Source: Phoronis australis (lineage: Eukaryota > Animalia > Phoronida). From it: DNA of 64,000 bases. The DNA lies in the NCBI GenBank assembly GCA_002633005.1, contig NMRA01000120.1:858353-922352 (forward strand), written 5' to 3'. Under the pieces are notes generated by a model. It ran no database searches, was not told where the DNA came from, and saw nothing but the letters and a program-made list of their open reading frames with translations. This document shows, in pieces, positions 24,401-37,500 of the stretch (position 1 is its first letter; each line of letters opens with the position of its first letter). The position numbers and the translations under genes are program-made.

Positions 24401-27400
24401 AAAAATGTAGATTTCTGACTGATGACGTTGAAAGCCCGAGCTCAAACAGTTTACTGAAATACATCCCAAGGAACAGAACAGACAGGAAAAACAAATGCAT
24501 ATTGGGTAGTAAACCAGTAACATCTGTGCAGGGTACACAAGTCTATAGGGGGGGTGCACAACTAGAAAATACAAAACTATTATACTACAAAAACTTACGT
24601 GCTCGTTTGCCGTTCACGAACCATGTCCCTTTCTCGGGTTGAGGCTTTTTGTTTTTTGACTTACAAATTAACTTTGCAAGCTCTCCTTGCGTCACGGTCA
24701 TGTCTTTCCATAAGTCGCTGAATGATGGAGGATCTAAATGAAAGCCAATGTCGACAAACTGAGCCACAATAAAGCACACGGTACATGGTACGTATTTCTC
24801 TTTGAACAAATTTAACGATGGATATTACAGTCTTCAAACAAAAATTTTAGCATGTGGCTGACTATTCATGCAAGAATGAAATTTCTTACCGGTAGCTGCA
24901 GGTTATTACAAAGTGAAACATTTCAAGGCTAAAGGTGATCCCGCGTTTCAGTTTGTTCCAGTCTCCGACTGGAAGGGATTCCAGGATTTGGAAAGAAACG
25001 ACTGGTCGTAATTACGTGAGACCATAGACATCACATGTCTATGCATGAGATCTGTTTCTCGAAGGATCTGTTGACTTAGTCTGTTTCACTAAAACGTGCT
25101 AAGGCTGAAAGTCAGAAAATCTGTTTACAGCAACGTATTTAGAGAAACGCAAAAGACAAAAATAAAAATTTTAGCTATTCGTAGTCAAGATTTCTAACTT
25201 TTGGCTTAAGTCAAAAGACAAAAAGCAATAGTCTCTTCGAGAAACAGAATACGGGCTTGACAAGTTGGCTGTACGCAGCTGGTCGTTGTAGTCGTCGAGC
25301 TTGGTCTCTAAGAGTGGCGAGTTATTAGTTCGTCCTAAGCCCGGAGCATTATTTGTAATTTGAGTAAGAAAGAAGCGGACAATGGTAACTAGACTAAACT
25401 AAAGCTCATTTGAACAGAAGTTCGGTCTACAACTTCACACCTTTAAAATATGCACTTTTCTTAAAGCGGAGACAAACTGCTTTCAATTCAAGAAGCGAAT
25501 TTTCAGTTAAAGGCCACTTACAGTTATAAAGTTGGTCTTGCTCCTAATTCTTATGGGATGTGATATCTGGCTGGGTTTCCAAAGAATTAATAATTCGTTG
25601 TTTCATCAGACCACGATCGGCACGTAAAATAAATCGCAATGAAAATCCGTGATCTTGTGGAGCATGGTCTCGAGGAATATGAGCAATCACTTCTTTTGAA
25701 GTCATTAAGCTACCCCTAATTTGAACAAGAAACAATTTCACGGCTGCAAGTTAAATCAAAAGTTGGTTTTTGAGATGGAAGGATATCTCATAGCCGCATT
25801 ATGACAAATGTTACGCAGCGTGTATTTAACGCAGCGCTCGGCAACAGAGCATGTATCTTACCGATAATACTCACAGTGCACGGTTATCTCAAATTTGTCC
25901 ATAAATCCCACGTAATCGGTAAGGGTCCCCGTGTATTCATATATCCCTTCGTGGAGTGGACCCGCGTTGAACGCCTTCACCGCGAACTGAAGCTTCTGAA
26001 TCTTGACGTGCACACCTTCCTTTAGATTTGGCGGGAACACCCATGTGTGCCTTATGAACGGAAGCCTTAAAGAAAACAGAACTTGATTTCGTGACGTCAT
26101 TAAACTTTACTCTGAGAACATTCATCTTCACTAAAGCTCAAAAGATTTTACATACGTGAAGTGTCCTCTTCTTTTACCTAAAAATCAACAATTTGTCGCG
26201 GCTTGTTCCTCTCTCTGGTTAGAGGCGATTTCTGGGTTTGGGCAAAATTGACACGTCGTTATTTCTTAATACGTTTTCTTGTCACAGCGAGTCATTCCAT
26301 GTGATGAGCGTGATCTTTTGCAATAACCAACGCCTAGAAACTACTCCCCAGCTGAGCAAGAAAGAAGTTGATACCAATATGATAGTGATGAGTGACCTAC
26401 ACTAAAAGTTCGTGTTGTAAACGGAAGGCAGGTTCATGGCTGCCTTAAGGACTCATGAAAGGACAACATCAAGAATGATTAACTGTGAACTTGATTTTTG
26501 ATCGCCATCCTTGATAAACGCAACTACGACACGTGTGCCCGGATCTCACATTGTGGGTCAAACATCCTAAAAATGCACAATTACATGTTTTCATTAAAGA
26601 CCCTATCTGCCACATCAGACTCGTTCTCAAAACATCAAAGCATGTCCTAAGAAACGGACAAATTTGGTCGAAAAAAGTGCCTCGCCAACGCAACATCCAC
26701 AATCGCAACACCCTCCATGGAGTTCTTAATGAGACTGAAACTGGTGTCTACGTGTTGCTACAACGCACCAGGTTTTCATCAAGTTTATGTGGCCATTTTG
26801 TTCAATTTTGAGAACGCATGCCTTCCGAGAACTGGTTTGATGGGACAGGGGGCAATTATGAACAAACCAATCCGTCGATAAAGCGGTATTTTCAGTTTAG
26901 ACCACCTTACTGCAATTGGTTTCAATTCGTTCTTTATTCAGATGAGAAATGATTTCGGTGTTTGTAGAGATCTGAGTATTCGTTCCCCTTTGAAACCATG
27001 ATAGCCGCAAGCCAAGCCTCTAATTGCCTCTAATCGATAACGATTTATTAGGGTTATTTTGAAGCCGCGAAATCCCTTCCAGTTGAGCTAAGCAACAGGT
27101 TGGACCAATTTCACACACTCAGGTTGCATACGTTCGGTATAGGTCCCGTTCCAGCAACAAATAGATAGTAACGATAAGAAATCAAAAGTTGTTTTGTTGC
27201 AGAAGGTGGATTAGTCACAGTTTCAAAAACAGTCGTTACAAACACAGTGAGCATTAGTATAATTAATTCACAAAAATAAACCCAAATGATTTCTCTGTAG
27301 CGTAATATAGTGCTATCGGTCGACCGTGACATGCACCTAAGTGTTGCATCCTCTACCTTGGCTAGAAATGAGTTGCCGCGATTCTCTCTCATTCAGCAGA

Positions 27401-28548
27401 GCAACGTTTAATTTCTCGTGAATAATATGCTCTTTTTGTGAACGGCACTGTACGATTGATATTTCGCAAATAAGTTGCCCAAATCTAAAAGTCGTGTTTA
27501 TGAACGGAAAATGTGTCCATGTGGACGTTATGTTGTTTATTTTCCCAGGAGTCCTTGACAGATTTGTTCTGTCAGTAGAACGCCCCACGGTAAATTGTGT
27601 TCAAAATCTACTTACGCTGCGCCCATTATAATCTTCAAGTTAAAATCAGAGCCAGCGACGATCGTACGTGGTTGATATCTTTTGTTATTTGCCGGATACA
27701 CAAGTTTGGTAAATGCCTCTTGAATCTTACCTGAAATTCAAATCGGGGATAATTACATTAACCTCGTTATAAAACATTATTACACCAACTAAATCGGTTT
27801 AAAAACTGTTTTACGTCCAAGAAGCGTACTTTTGATACCGATATACAATTATAATCTCAACTTCTTTGATTCTTTTTCAAGTGAGAATCAATTCCTGGTT
27901 TGGCACTTCATTATTCCTTGATATTAAGCTCGGTGCACAAAATGACACATCGTGATTCAACTTACAGAGCATGTGGTCTCAAAGAATAGCAAACCTAGTA
28001 CACTCCTTGACCGAACTATCTGATCTTTCAAAGCCTAGAATGTGCAATTCGACAAGGATCAATTTAAGGTCTAAAACAAAACTTTATTTTAGTGATGGGA
28101 GGCGGGTTTTTAGCCAACTTTTAAAGCAAAGATATACAAGTAGATTCAACAGACCTCCAAGCGGAAGGAACAATTTCGTTTTCAATTGAATAGAATGATT
28201 ACAAATATTTTTAAGTCCGGCCTGCACGCCACCTGTTGGCCGTATCGTATGACCTAATGAACAAATGCCTGAAAAGATTTATATATAATAATGTCTGTAC
28301 GTTTAATTCACGCAGACAAGAAATGCTCTCCAAAACGAGGCTCACTACGATGGCTCCGTAAAATTGCTAGTCGGCATTGTTGAGTTCCGCGTTGCTCGAA
28401 CGGCGTTAAAAAATACGGACATTCAACTGCCTTTTTTCAATTCCTAGAGACGTTGAGACTCGGAAGCGTTGGGTCGTTGCCATACGCCCCGACGAAGGAA
28501 AATATTTCCGGCTCATGTTTTCGAAAGTTTGGTCACATTTTATAATGT

Positions 28549-28590
<42 letters not shown>

Positions 28591-31500
28591 CTAAAAAATA
28601 AAATATAATATAGTATATATATATACATATAAATACGTTTGCCTGCCTGCCTGTCTTTCTGCCTGTCTGTCTGTCCGTCAGTCCGTCCGTCCGTCTGTCT
28701 GCCTCTCTGTCTGTCAATTTTATTGCTCTTCAAAAGTCTCTCAATTAACTTAGTTTTCAATTTCATTTAATTCCCAAATTTAATGGATATGCAGATTCAA
28801 CACACGACAATTTCGTTATTGACAATCTTTATTCCGTTTCATTCATGTGTTTAGAATAAAACTCTACACTCAACGGAACATTGATGAAGTAACTGACCAA
28901 GAGACATGATTAAAACGTACACGATATTTCGGAACATTCTTGTTTTAATCATGTCTGTTGGTCAGTTACTTCATCAATTCTCCGTTGAGTGTAGAGTTTT
29001 GTTCCGAAAATATGAACGAAGAGGAATAAAGACGGTCAATAACGAAAAGTGTCGTGTGTTTAATCAGTTCTGCATATCGGAAAACTTGCTCCCGAAGTAC
29101 AGCCAAATTTAATGGGTACCTTTTCAGTAACCCATGAAATTTTTTGTAAAATGTCTTCTGTTTAGGCGGCTGCAACGGAAAATTAATAAGACTCCCACTT
29201 CATGGCAGATTTGTAGTAGAAAAGGATCAACATGCAAAATTCGAGAATTGGAAAAACTCAACGATAAATTATTTTTGGGTCGAACCCCTTTAAAACTATA
29301 ATACTCTTTTTTTGGATAGGCACTATGCACTCATGCCCAAATTTAAGTACATACATGACCCGAAACTCGTTGAAATTCTTCCCATAAATGATTTCCGCAT
29401 ATTATTTCTTTTTGAGTTTATTAAGGTTGAACTGTCATGATGTAAAAAGCATTAATGACCAATCCCAAGCTACCNCCCCCCCCCCCCACCCTAGTAAAAA
29501 GTCACCTGCAACTTGTTGTTTGTTGGGTAAAATGAAGGCTTGGAAACGCAGACGACGGTGTGCCAAGAATGTTGCGATCTGATTGGTCAGTTACGCACGC
29601 GGTCAAAACTCTGGCAATAGGTCAATTCTTGCCCACAATAGTCAGGTCCGATATAACTCACTGGGATTTTTCTTTAACTCGATACCATCTGCTGGCAGCA
29701 TCTGCCCTGTTTTGGGATTGGTCTGTCGACACACTAACTTCCAGGACGGACGATAGTCTTTCTCTTCCGTTTTCGTTATGTGTGCTTGGCCAGCAATTCC
29801 AAATTTTATTGTTTCCTCTATAAGAAAGAATTGAAGGTTTACAGGAATAATAATGTCCTTGGAGACTATCTACAAACCACATAGGCAGTTGGAGCTGGGG
29901 GTGGGTAATTACAAGCCACCGTAGACTTTGGTCTCCTTAAAAGATGAAATGTCATTTACTTGACGCGAAGCCAGACATATCCTTGTCATTTCGGTTATCG
30001 TTTTCTATGGTTGCAATGTAACTCAAAGTCATTTTTATGCAATCATTGACTTTCACGGAGATCGATATGCTGACTTTTAGACCTAAAAATGAGATAGTGA
30101 CCGAGGCGGAGTCGACGTGATTGTCGCAGTTTTTGAGGTCAGTGATTGTGTAATATTCCTACACCATTACATGAGTACATCCGCTACGTAAATCATGAAG
30201 AGAGGCTAAGTTTGGTCTTTTGGTCGTATATGGACCACTCGTTCGGTCAGTGAGCTGACAGTATTTGCCGAAACCCTTGTGACGAGATTTTGAAAAACTT
30301 CCAGATGCTCGGAATGGACAAAAGAACAATAGTTTACATTTTAGAACGATGACATACTTGGCTCACACAACGGACGTTTTAATGCAAAAAAATCGACAGG
30401 GGTCATTTGGTGTCAATGTGGGATTGCAAGTTGCGTGTGAGCACACTCAAAGTGCGTGCGCTGAAGTCCTCTTAAATAAAGCGTATTGGAAAGTCAATGA
30501 ACAGTTTAGCCTTTAAAAACACATCTCTTGTACAATAGCGCGACGTAATGGTGGGAACAGACTAGCCTAAGCACCAGCTCAAACAAAGCGGAAAGGTAGG
30601 CCTACATCGACATCAATCAGAAGAAATTCCGAGTACGCTGCAAAATACTAGTTGAGAGTGCTGAAACTAACCAAATCAAATTCCAACGGTACTTATGGCA
30701 TTATAAACAATCTTACTTTGTTTCTCTTCTTTCTACCTCTTTGTAAAATCGACAAATTATGTCGTCAGCCGTCTTACGCTCACAGATTTTGACCAGCCAA
30801 TGAGCCAAATGAATGCCTTACTTAGTCCATGAGTTTACCACAAGGTGAAAAATGCAAATGGCGGAGTGACAAGCGAATAAAAAAACGTCGAATATACCTG
30901 TTTTGATTCAGTCTCGGTTTGTCGACTAGGAACTGCCTTGGTGCGGATTTGTATTCACCTTAAGTGTGGTTGGTGTTGTGCTGGAGGCTTGCGAAATGAC
31001 AGAGACGTTCGAATCTCAGTGAAGAAACTTTAAAATTTTGAAACGGTGTTACCATAACATAGGACTGTGAAATAAAGTTTTATAACTCCAGTGATTTTCC
31101 TACATCCTACAACAAAATAAAATCTGGACAGATTATGGAGGTGCAAAGTCGTATTTCGAAGTCACTGATTCGCCATGTTGACTGCGCACACCATACCTTC
31201 ATATTGGCCGCTGCTGTTTAATTTCTTTTAAAAATTGTTATCTCGTCTCTACCGGAATCTTTTTACTCGTAAGCCGTTACGCCACCAGCATGTCACTGAA
31301 CTCGGAAGTCTCTTAAGCCTTTTCATGTCATACGGATTCTGATGTTACGTATGTTTCAAATGACTGTAAAATATAAACCAACGAGTGAATTTAAACCAGC
31401 ATCAAGGCATCGTAGTTCCCGTCATGCTATAGTCAGTGCTCAATTCAAGCAGAGCTGAAGGCCCCTCGAAAATTATTCCCAGATTTTGGAAACTGGACAT

Positions 31501-34500
31501 AAATCAAAACAATCCCGATATGGGGGCAATATTTTTGTTGAGTGTGCTGGTACTAACAAAATCCAATTCCCGTATGATATTTATGGAACAGTAAACGGTC
31601 TCGATCGGTTGTTTCGCTTCTTTTTACATTTCTGAAGCAACGACGCTTTAAATCATGACCTAGTGACGTCATGTTATAATTACTTATGATGACAATCTCG
31701 CGATACAAGATCTATATTTTAGGCTACAATAAACAGAGCTTGCATATCACAAAAGTACCCGGAATCAAAAGTGCGTGCGTTTGACAATAAGGGGCAGATT
31801 TTCGTTTTGGCGACTAGCCGAGGCCAAACTTCACTCTTGAGTTTTAGTGCAGTGAAAGCAGGATGCCGTGGAATATTCAATCTTTCTGGCTTTCAAGGGA
31901 AGGAATGATACAAGTGTTTCAAAAGTGTATTGCCTGGGAACGGGTTTCTTCCAAGATTTGGAAATGGCAAAGAGCATGTCTAGAAGTTTTGTAAAAATCG
32001 CCGATTGATCGCTTGAATACGGTGTGTAATTAAGTTAGAGGTGATTGTTCACAGTGGAGTAAAGAATATTCTTCTTCGATACCTACACCTGTATGGTTTT
32101 ACTAGGCTATTGAAAATCAATTCCAGTTCCTTATAATTCCGCTAGAAAAGACGAAGGTGCGATGTGGCGGCAAAGGTGTTTCTCAAGATTGAGATGTAAT
32201 TGTGCATTAGAACATTGTACGGAAAAATGACGAATTGTATCGAATGAGTGTGAGCCTATAAGCTAAATGAATGCATATAGTTTACGAGTTCACCGCTAAG
32301 TGAAAAATGCAAATGGCGGAGTGACATGCAAATAACAAAGCGTCGAATCTTCCAGTCAGTAAGTTCTTTCGAAGGGGTTACTTTCGTGCAGTTGTATGCT
32401 GATATAAAAGTTCTTCACGTGATCGTAGTGTCGATGTATGCAGGTTAATATTTGACTTTTGAGTTTGAGAGTAGCATGTATGACAGTATATTTTACAGTT
32501 TCTAGTGTACGGATTTCCAACTCTATATGCATTCAGTACTAGTTTAAAGACTAATCACGCAGAAAACGTTTTCAAAATGACAAAATGTTCTCTGACTTTC
32601 AGTGCACGTTATGTGGGCGCATGCATACTAAGCATGCTGACACGCAGCTTGCGATCTAATTGGTTTTACCAAAAAGTGGTTGTCGATTGTTTTGAATTAA
32701 AATCGACTGTTGTAAGGTCTCAAAACATTATTATATCATTCCTAAAACTTATTCGATTGCTAACTGCATTTTTTTCAAAATGTCCCCACGACTTTTGGGT
32801 AAAAACTGGCACTGCAAGTGAGTGACTGACACACGATAGAAAGCCTAAATATACTCGTTTTAAGAGGATGTAATCACAACAGAAACAGTGTATGAACACC
32901 ACACAATTATTGTATTTTACAGCAGGTGATTGTGTTGATTTCCAGACCCTAAAAATGCGATAATTATTATTTTTTAGGTCTGAAAACCAATTTATTAGCC
33001 ACGGTAAAAGTCAATGATAGTTTCTATCTACCGATTGTCCATGAAACTAGTTTTCGAAAGGCATTACATATTTGACGTAACTCCCCGGAAGTGCCACAAC
33101 GTTTCACCTAATACCGGCACAAACTGTATCCGGTCCGATTCCTCCACCAGTTCGGTCATCTCTGGTTGTCCAACCTTCTGCCATACGTAAGAGATTCGTT
33201 GAAACGGGTAAGACTCGTGAAATGGCTGACAAGGGATTTCCGCTGTCTGACCTGGATAAGCATATGACGCTGGTCGTTTAAATGCGGTTTTCTTTCTCAT
33301 GTCTGCAACATTGAAAATGTTTATTATCAATAACTTGCCAATGCTTTGATTTATACCAGATTTCCGTAGCTAACACGATGCTATTATCCACATGAAGCCA
33401 AATCTTTAGCCAGGCACTGTATAAACTGAATAACTGATATCCTGGCGTCATTTGCCCGGGCAATAGTATTGTGCAAAAATCAGATATTCCGTGTAAACTT
33501 CTTTAATTCTGGTAAGTTTATGGTTCGCACGTGCACTCAAGGTAGATTTCCTCGGTTGCGTCTTGGGTAAATAATACCAAGGAGTTTTCTCAAGGGAACA
33601 CCTGTCTTGTAAATAAGTTTTTACAAACACGAAGTTATGATTGTTAAAGTTCAATAATGATTTGCATCAATAATGATGAAATTTTGGGGTATGACCCCCC
33701 CCCCCCGTTCCCCTCATTTCTTTGCAGAATGTCGCGGACTGTTTTATGATTCCCAAACAAGAACCTGTTTATTTGTTTCCGTTGAGTAATTAGTTAACTA
33801 ATCAACTGAATTTTTGGCTTTTGTTCCGTGGCAAGTAAAATGAAGTAGAAACGTAAAATATGCAGAAAATAAGTAGACCGGAGTTATGCTTGTGGAACTC
33901 AATTTGGCATTTTGTTTACAAATCTAGTACCTCCAATAGCTTCCCAGTGTAGCAACAGACAGAATGTGAACTTTTCACCACGATATGAGTACAGTGCGAT
34001 TGCAATAGTTATCGTCTATTTGAAGACAATATCGACCTGGCGACGTCACTTTTCGTTCATGAGTCTCCTGCTACGACAACATGCCGGTCCCTAGCTGGCT
34101 CAGCTAGAGACGGTGGTCACTAACAGTGCGCGCGCTATTTGGTTACGGAAACCCGAGGAGGTTAAGTAACGCCTGGACCTAGCTAAAAAGCTAGCCTTGC
34201 ACCGATGCGGGTAAAAAAGTGGTAAGATAAAATCTGACACAAAATTAGCGTCATTAAAAACTACAGTCTTCCTTGAGTAATTCAAATTATTTAACGGTGT
34301 TGGCAAAAATGGCGTTCTACCGTTATTCTGCTGCTAAAGTTGTGTAGCGATCTTTAGCGACCGCTTTCGGCGCCATGAAATTTTGCGTCACCTATTGGCC
34401 AGTTTCTTTTTTCGCCGATTCCTCAATCAACTGTTGTTCTTTCACAAGGTTGCGTACACGTCACAACAAATTATCAGAACTGGTTTCACGTCATTGAAAG

Positions 34501-37500
34501 TTTTTAGAATTTTGGTACCGAAAAACCGAATTTCAGAAGAAATTTTGTTGCTTCCAAGCTATCATTATCTCCCGAGAGATGTCGCAAAAATTTAAGAAAT
34601 GGCGCGTGCGCGTGACACGAGCGTATTGTTTTCAAAACGACGAAATACTTTTCATTGTTAGAAAAGACGGAGAGTTACACAAGAAAATGACGTTTATTGC
34701 ATTGTTTTTCAATTAAACGGCTGTAACGGGCAAGGTGAGTGTCGGTTGGCTCCCAGATTTTGCATGCACACGGCCGTCCGGTCTTTAGCTTCACATGTTG
34801 ATACAAGTTTCACGGCTGCGTGCAATTTCGGGGTCTACGGAAGAAATACACGCAGAGGGACCTAGCTGTATTATTATGATGACAGTCATCATACAGCTAG
34901 CTGGCTGGATACTAAAAAGCAAGACTTCTCAAGATTACGTGAGATATCGCCGTGTATTTTAAATGAGAACATGTGATTTTGGCTAGATTTTAGCGTGGTC
35001 CTAGAGTACATGTAGGTCCTACAGCATGACTGGACTTAGGCAATTGCATCGCCCTGGATGCCGCAGACATACAGGGGCGATAGTACATCCCCACAAAATG
35101 TTACGAATTTCAAAATATAGGAAATATTATCAAATGAAACATGCATATTTGCACATGGAGTTAACATTAACACATACCATAAGTCTGGAGACGATAAGTC
35201 CAGATAACTTTAACAAATCGATGAAAATATGTCGCAGTTTGCTCGAGTTTCTCTTATCGAGTGCCATTTTGAGGAAGTTACGTGAAATCACGCATGTTGA
35301 CGAATAAAAAGTCCAAGGGACACATATCTTACAAATTTCACCTGATACCTTCCCATACTATTTTGCAAGTGTCACGCGCCAACGTCTCGCGCTTTGCTCA
35401 GTCTCGCGCTAGCCTTTGCCTAACTTAAGTGACTCAGTTGAAATACTTTGTGGTTATCGCGCGCGTGGTGAAAACTTTAACGGTGACCAAAAAAGTGGAG
35501 TTGGAATTTTTCGCCAAAGTCACCCAAATTCTCGTAACTAAGCTTCATCGAATATATGTGTAGAAGTAGAAAGGACCACTGAAGAAATTAAGCGATTTTT
35601 AAGTTTTAAGTGTGGAATGTATTTTTGACGAGGCGAAAACTCCTAATCGGTGGCCGGATTTGGCCTACCGCCCGTTTAAAATACACGGGACGGAATTCGT
35701 ACAGAAAGCGATGGGAAGTATTGTAGTCCCTAACCGGCCAACCGAGATGCTACGTGTTGCCTAGATTGGACTCTACCCCGCTGAGTGTCTTTAACAGGGG
35801 CCGTTTGAAAGGAACTAATCTGCATACGGCATGGGATCAAGAAGCACATGAAAATGATATATAAATGGACAGTGTGTTTTGAAACGGCTGATTTGTGTAC
35901 TTCGGGACTGCGAGTTTTGTGAATTTCACGTTAATAGAACAGAGGGTGATTGCTTTATATTGCAGATGTGATTTGTATCAATAACAGCGTGTGTAGAACC
36001 TTTGGTTGGCAAAACCGTCAAGCAAGAGCCAGTATGAGAGCGCTCTGAAGTCGACATTTGGTGAAATCAATGGAAATACTTTGAGTTGAGGTAGACAAAG
36101 CCAAGAACATCATAGGCCCCGGCGACCATAACACTGACCTACAATAAATGGAAACCCATTAAATGAGCATGGAGGAATCAGGACAGTGGTCAAATCAGAA
36201 AATCTCGAAAATTTTGAGAACAGAAAGATAAAGCAAGAAGCCAATAACGCACTGCAGATAGCTCTTGATGAGGTCTACTGATATACCAAATTTCAGAAAA
36301 ATACGTCAACGGATGCAGGAAATACGACTCCAAAAAGCTAAATATCAATGGCCACAATTCATCTTTGGTCCAATTTCAATAAAAATAAGAGGCATCAAGA
36401 TAATAGCAGGACCCATGATCTATATAAATTTCATGTCTATTGGACGACAAATGCTACCTCTATTGTGCGAATTAATAACCGAAATAAGAGCAGCTGTTAT
36501 CAAATCAGAAAATCTCGATAAGTTAAGTCGTAGCAGATCTAATTACATGTCAAATTTTAGAAAATTCTGTCAAAGGATCGCGGAGCTAGAACTCTGCATG
36601 TGATTATTCAAACATTGCCCGTCTTTGCGCCATCTCTCGTCCCGCGAATTTGACCCAAAACCAGGGTCCTTGAGCTATTGACGAGGTTACCATTGCCTGT
36701 AAATTTTATGTCGATGGCACGAAAAATACGACTTGTATTAAAGGAGAACATGATAGGCGAACACAAGTTCAGCTTGAGCTAAGCCAATAAAAGAACAGTT
36801 ATCTGACCAGCAAATCTTGAATAATTCAAGAACGGTAAGCCGTTAGTGCTTGACGATGTCTATTCACGTAACATATTTCAGTTAGCGACGCTGGAAGTAT
36901 GGCTAAGAAAACTCGGTCAATTACATAGCAATAATAAGAAAATCTCGAGAACGATAAGTTCTAGGTAAGAAATTGCCGCCTGCTGGATTGACTGGACGTT
37001 TTAAGATTTGTTGTAAAAGCGGTGGCTACGAATAACATTTTTGAAGATTTTTGGAGAAAAGTCCTAGTTGTTGCCCCCTTGACCTATTTTACTTGCAACC
37101 GTGGCTTTTCGTAAACACTCTACCACTTCCTGTAGGCAAGGCAAGCTTGACTGGAAATTCAGGTACCTTCAGACCCAGGTTAGCAAAAAAACGGTCTGGT
37201 CAACACCCATTTTCTTCACAATTTTTGGAATCTGAAGTGTTTTGACATTCTGAATGTGTCGTCGGCTGGTGCCTAGTAGTTGCATGCGAGCCGTGATTTG
37301 GATTCAAAACTAATAATTTTGTGTAGTTTTGTTCGTTTTTTTGACATAGCCGGGTAGGTTTGCCGTAAGCATAAAAATAAAACGCTTTCTTTTTTAATGC
37401 AAGTTTTTAGATTGTAGGCAAGCTTTATGTATGGTCAGTATGTTACATATTTTGTGTTGTTTTTGCTTAAAACAAACAAACTGCTTTCCCTCAGTTCACC

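Noticed and set aside
30898-31064. Possible extra exon ending at CAG|GTATAT, next to a short repeat also found at about 32290-32350
   Set aside because: All frames contain stops or give an incompatible phase.
33448-33654. ORF ending in AQYYC as an Ig half-domain
   Set aside because: No suitable donor before the stop, and Ig1 is already completed by exon 37850-38061.
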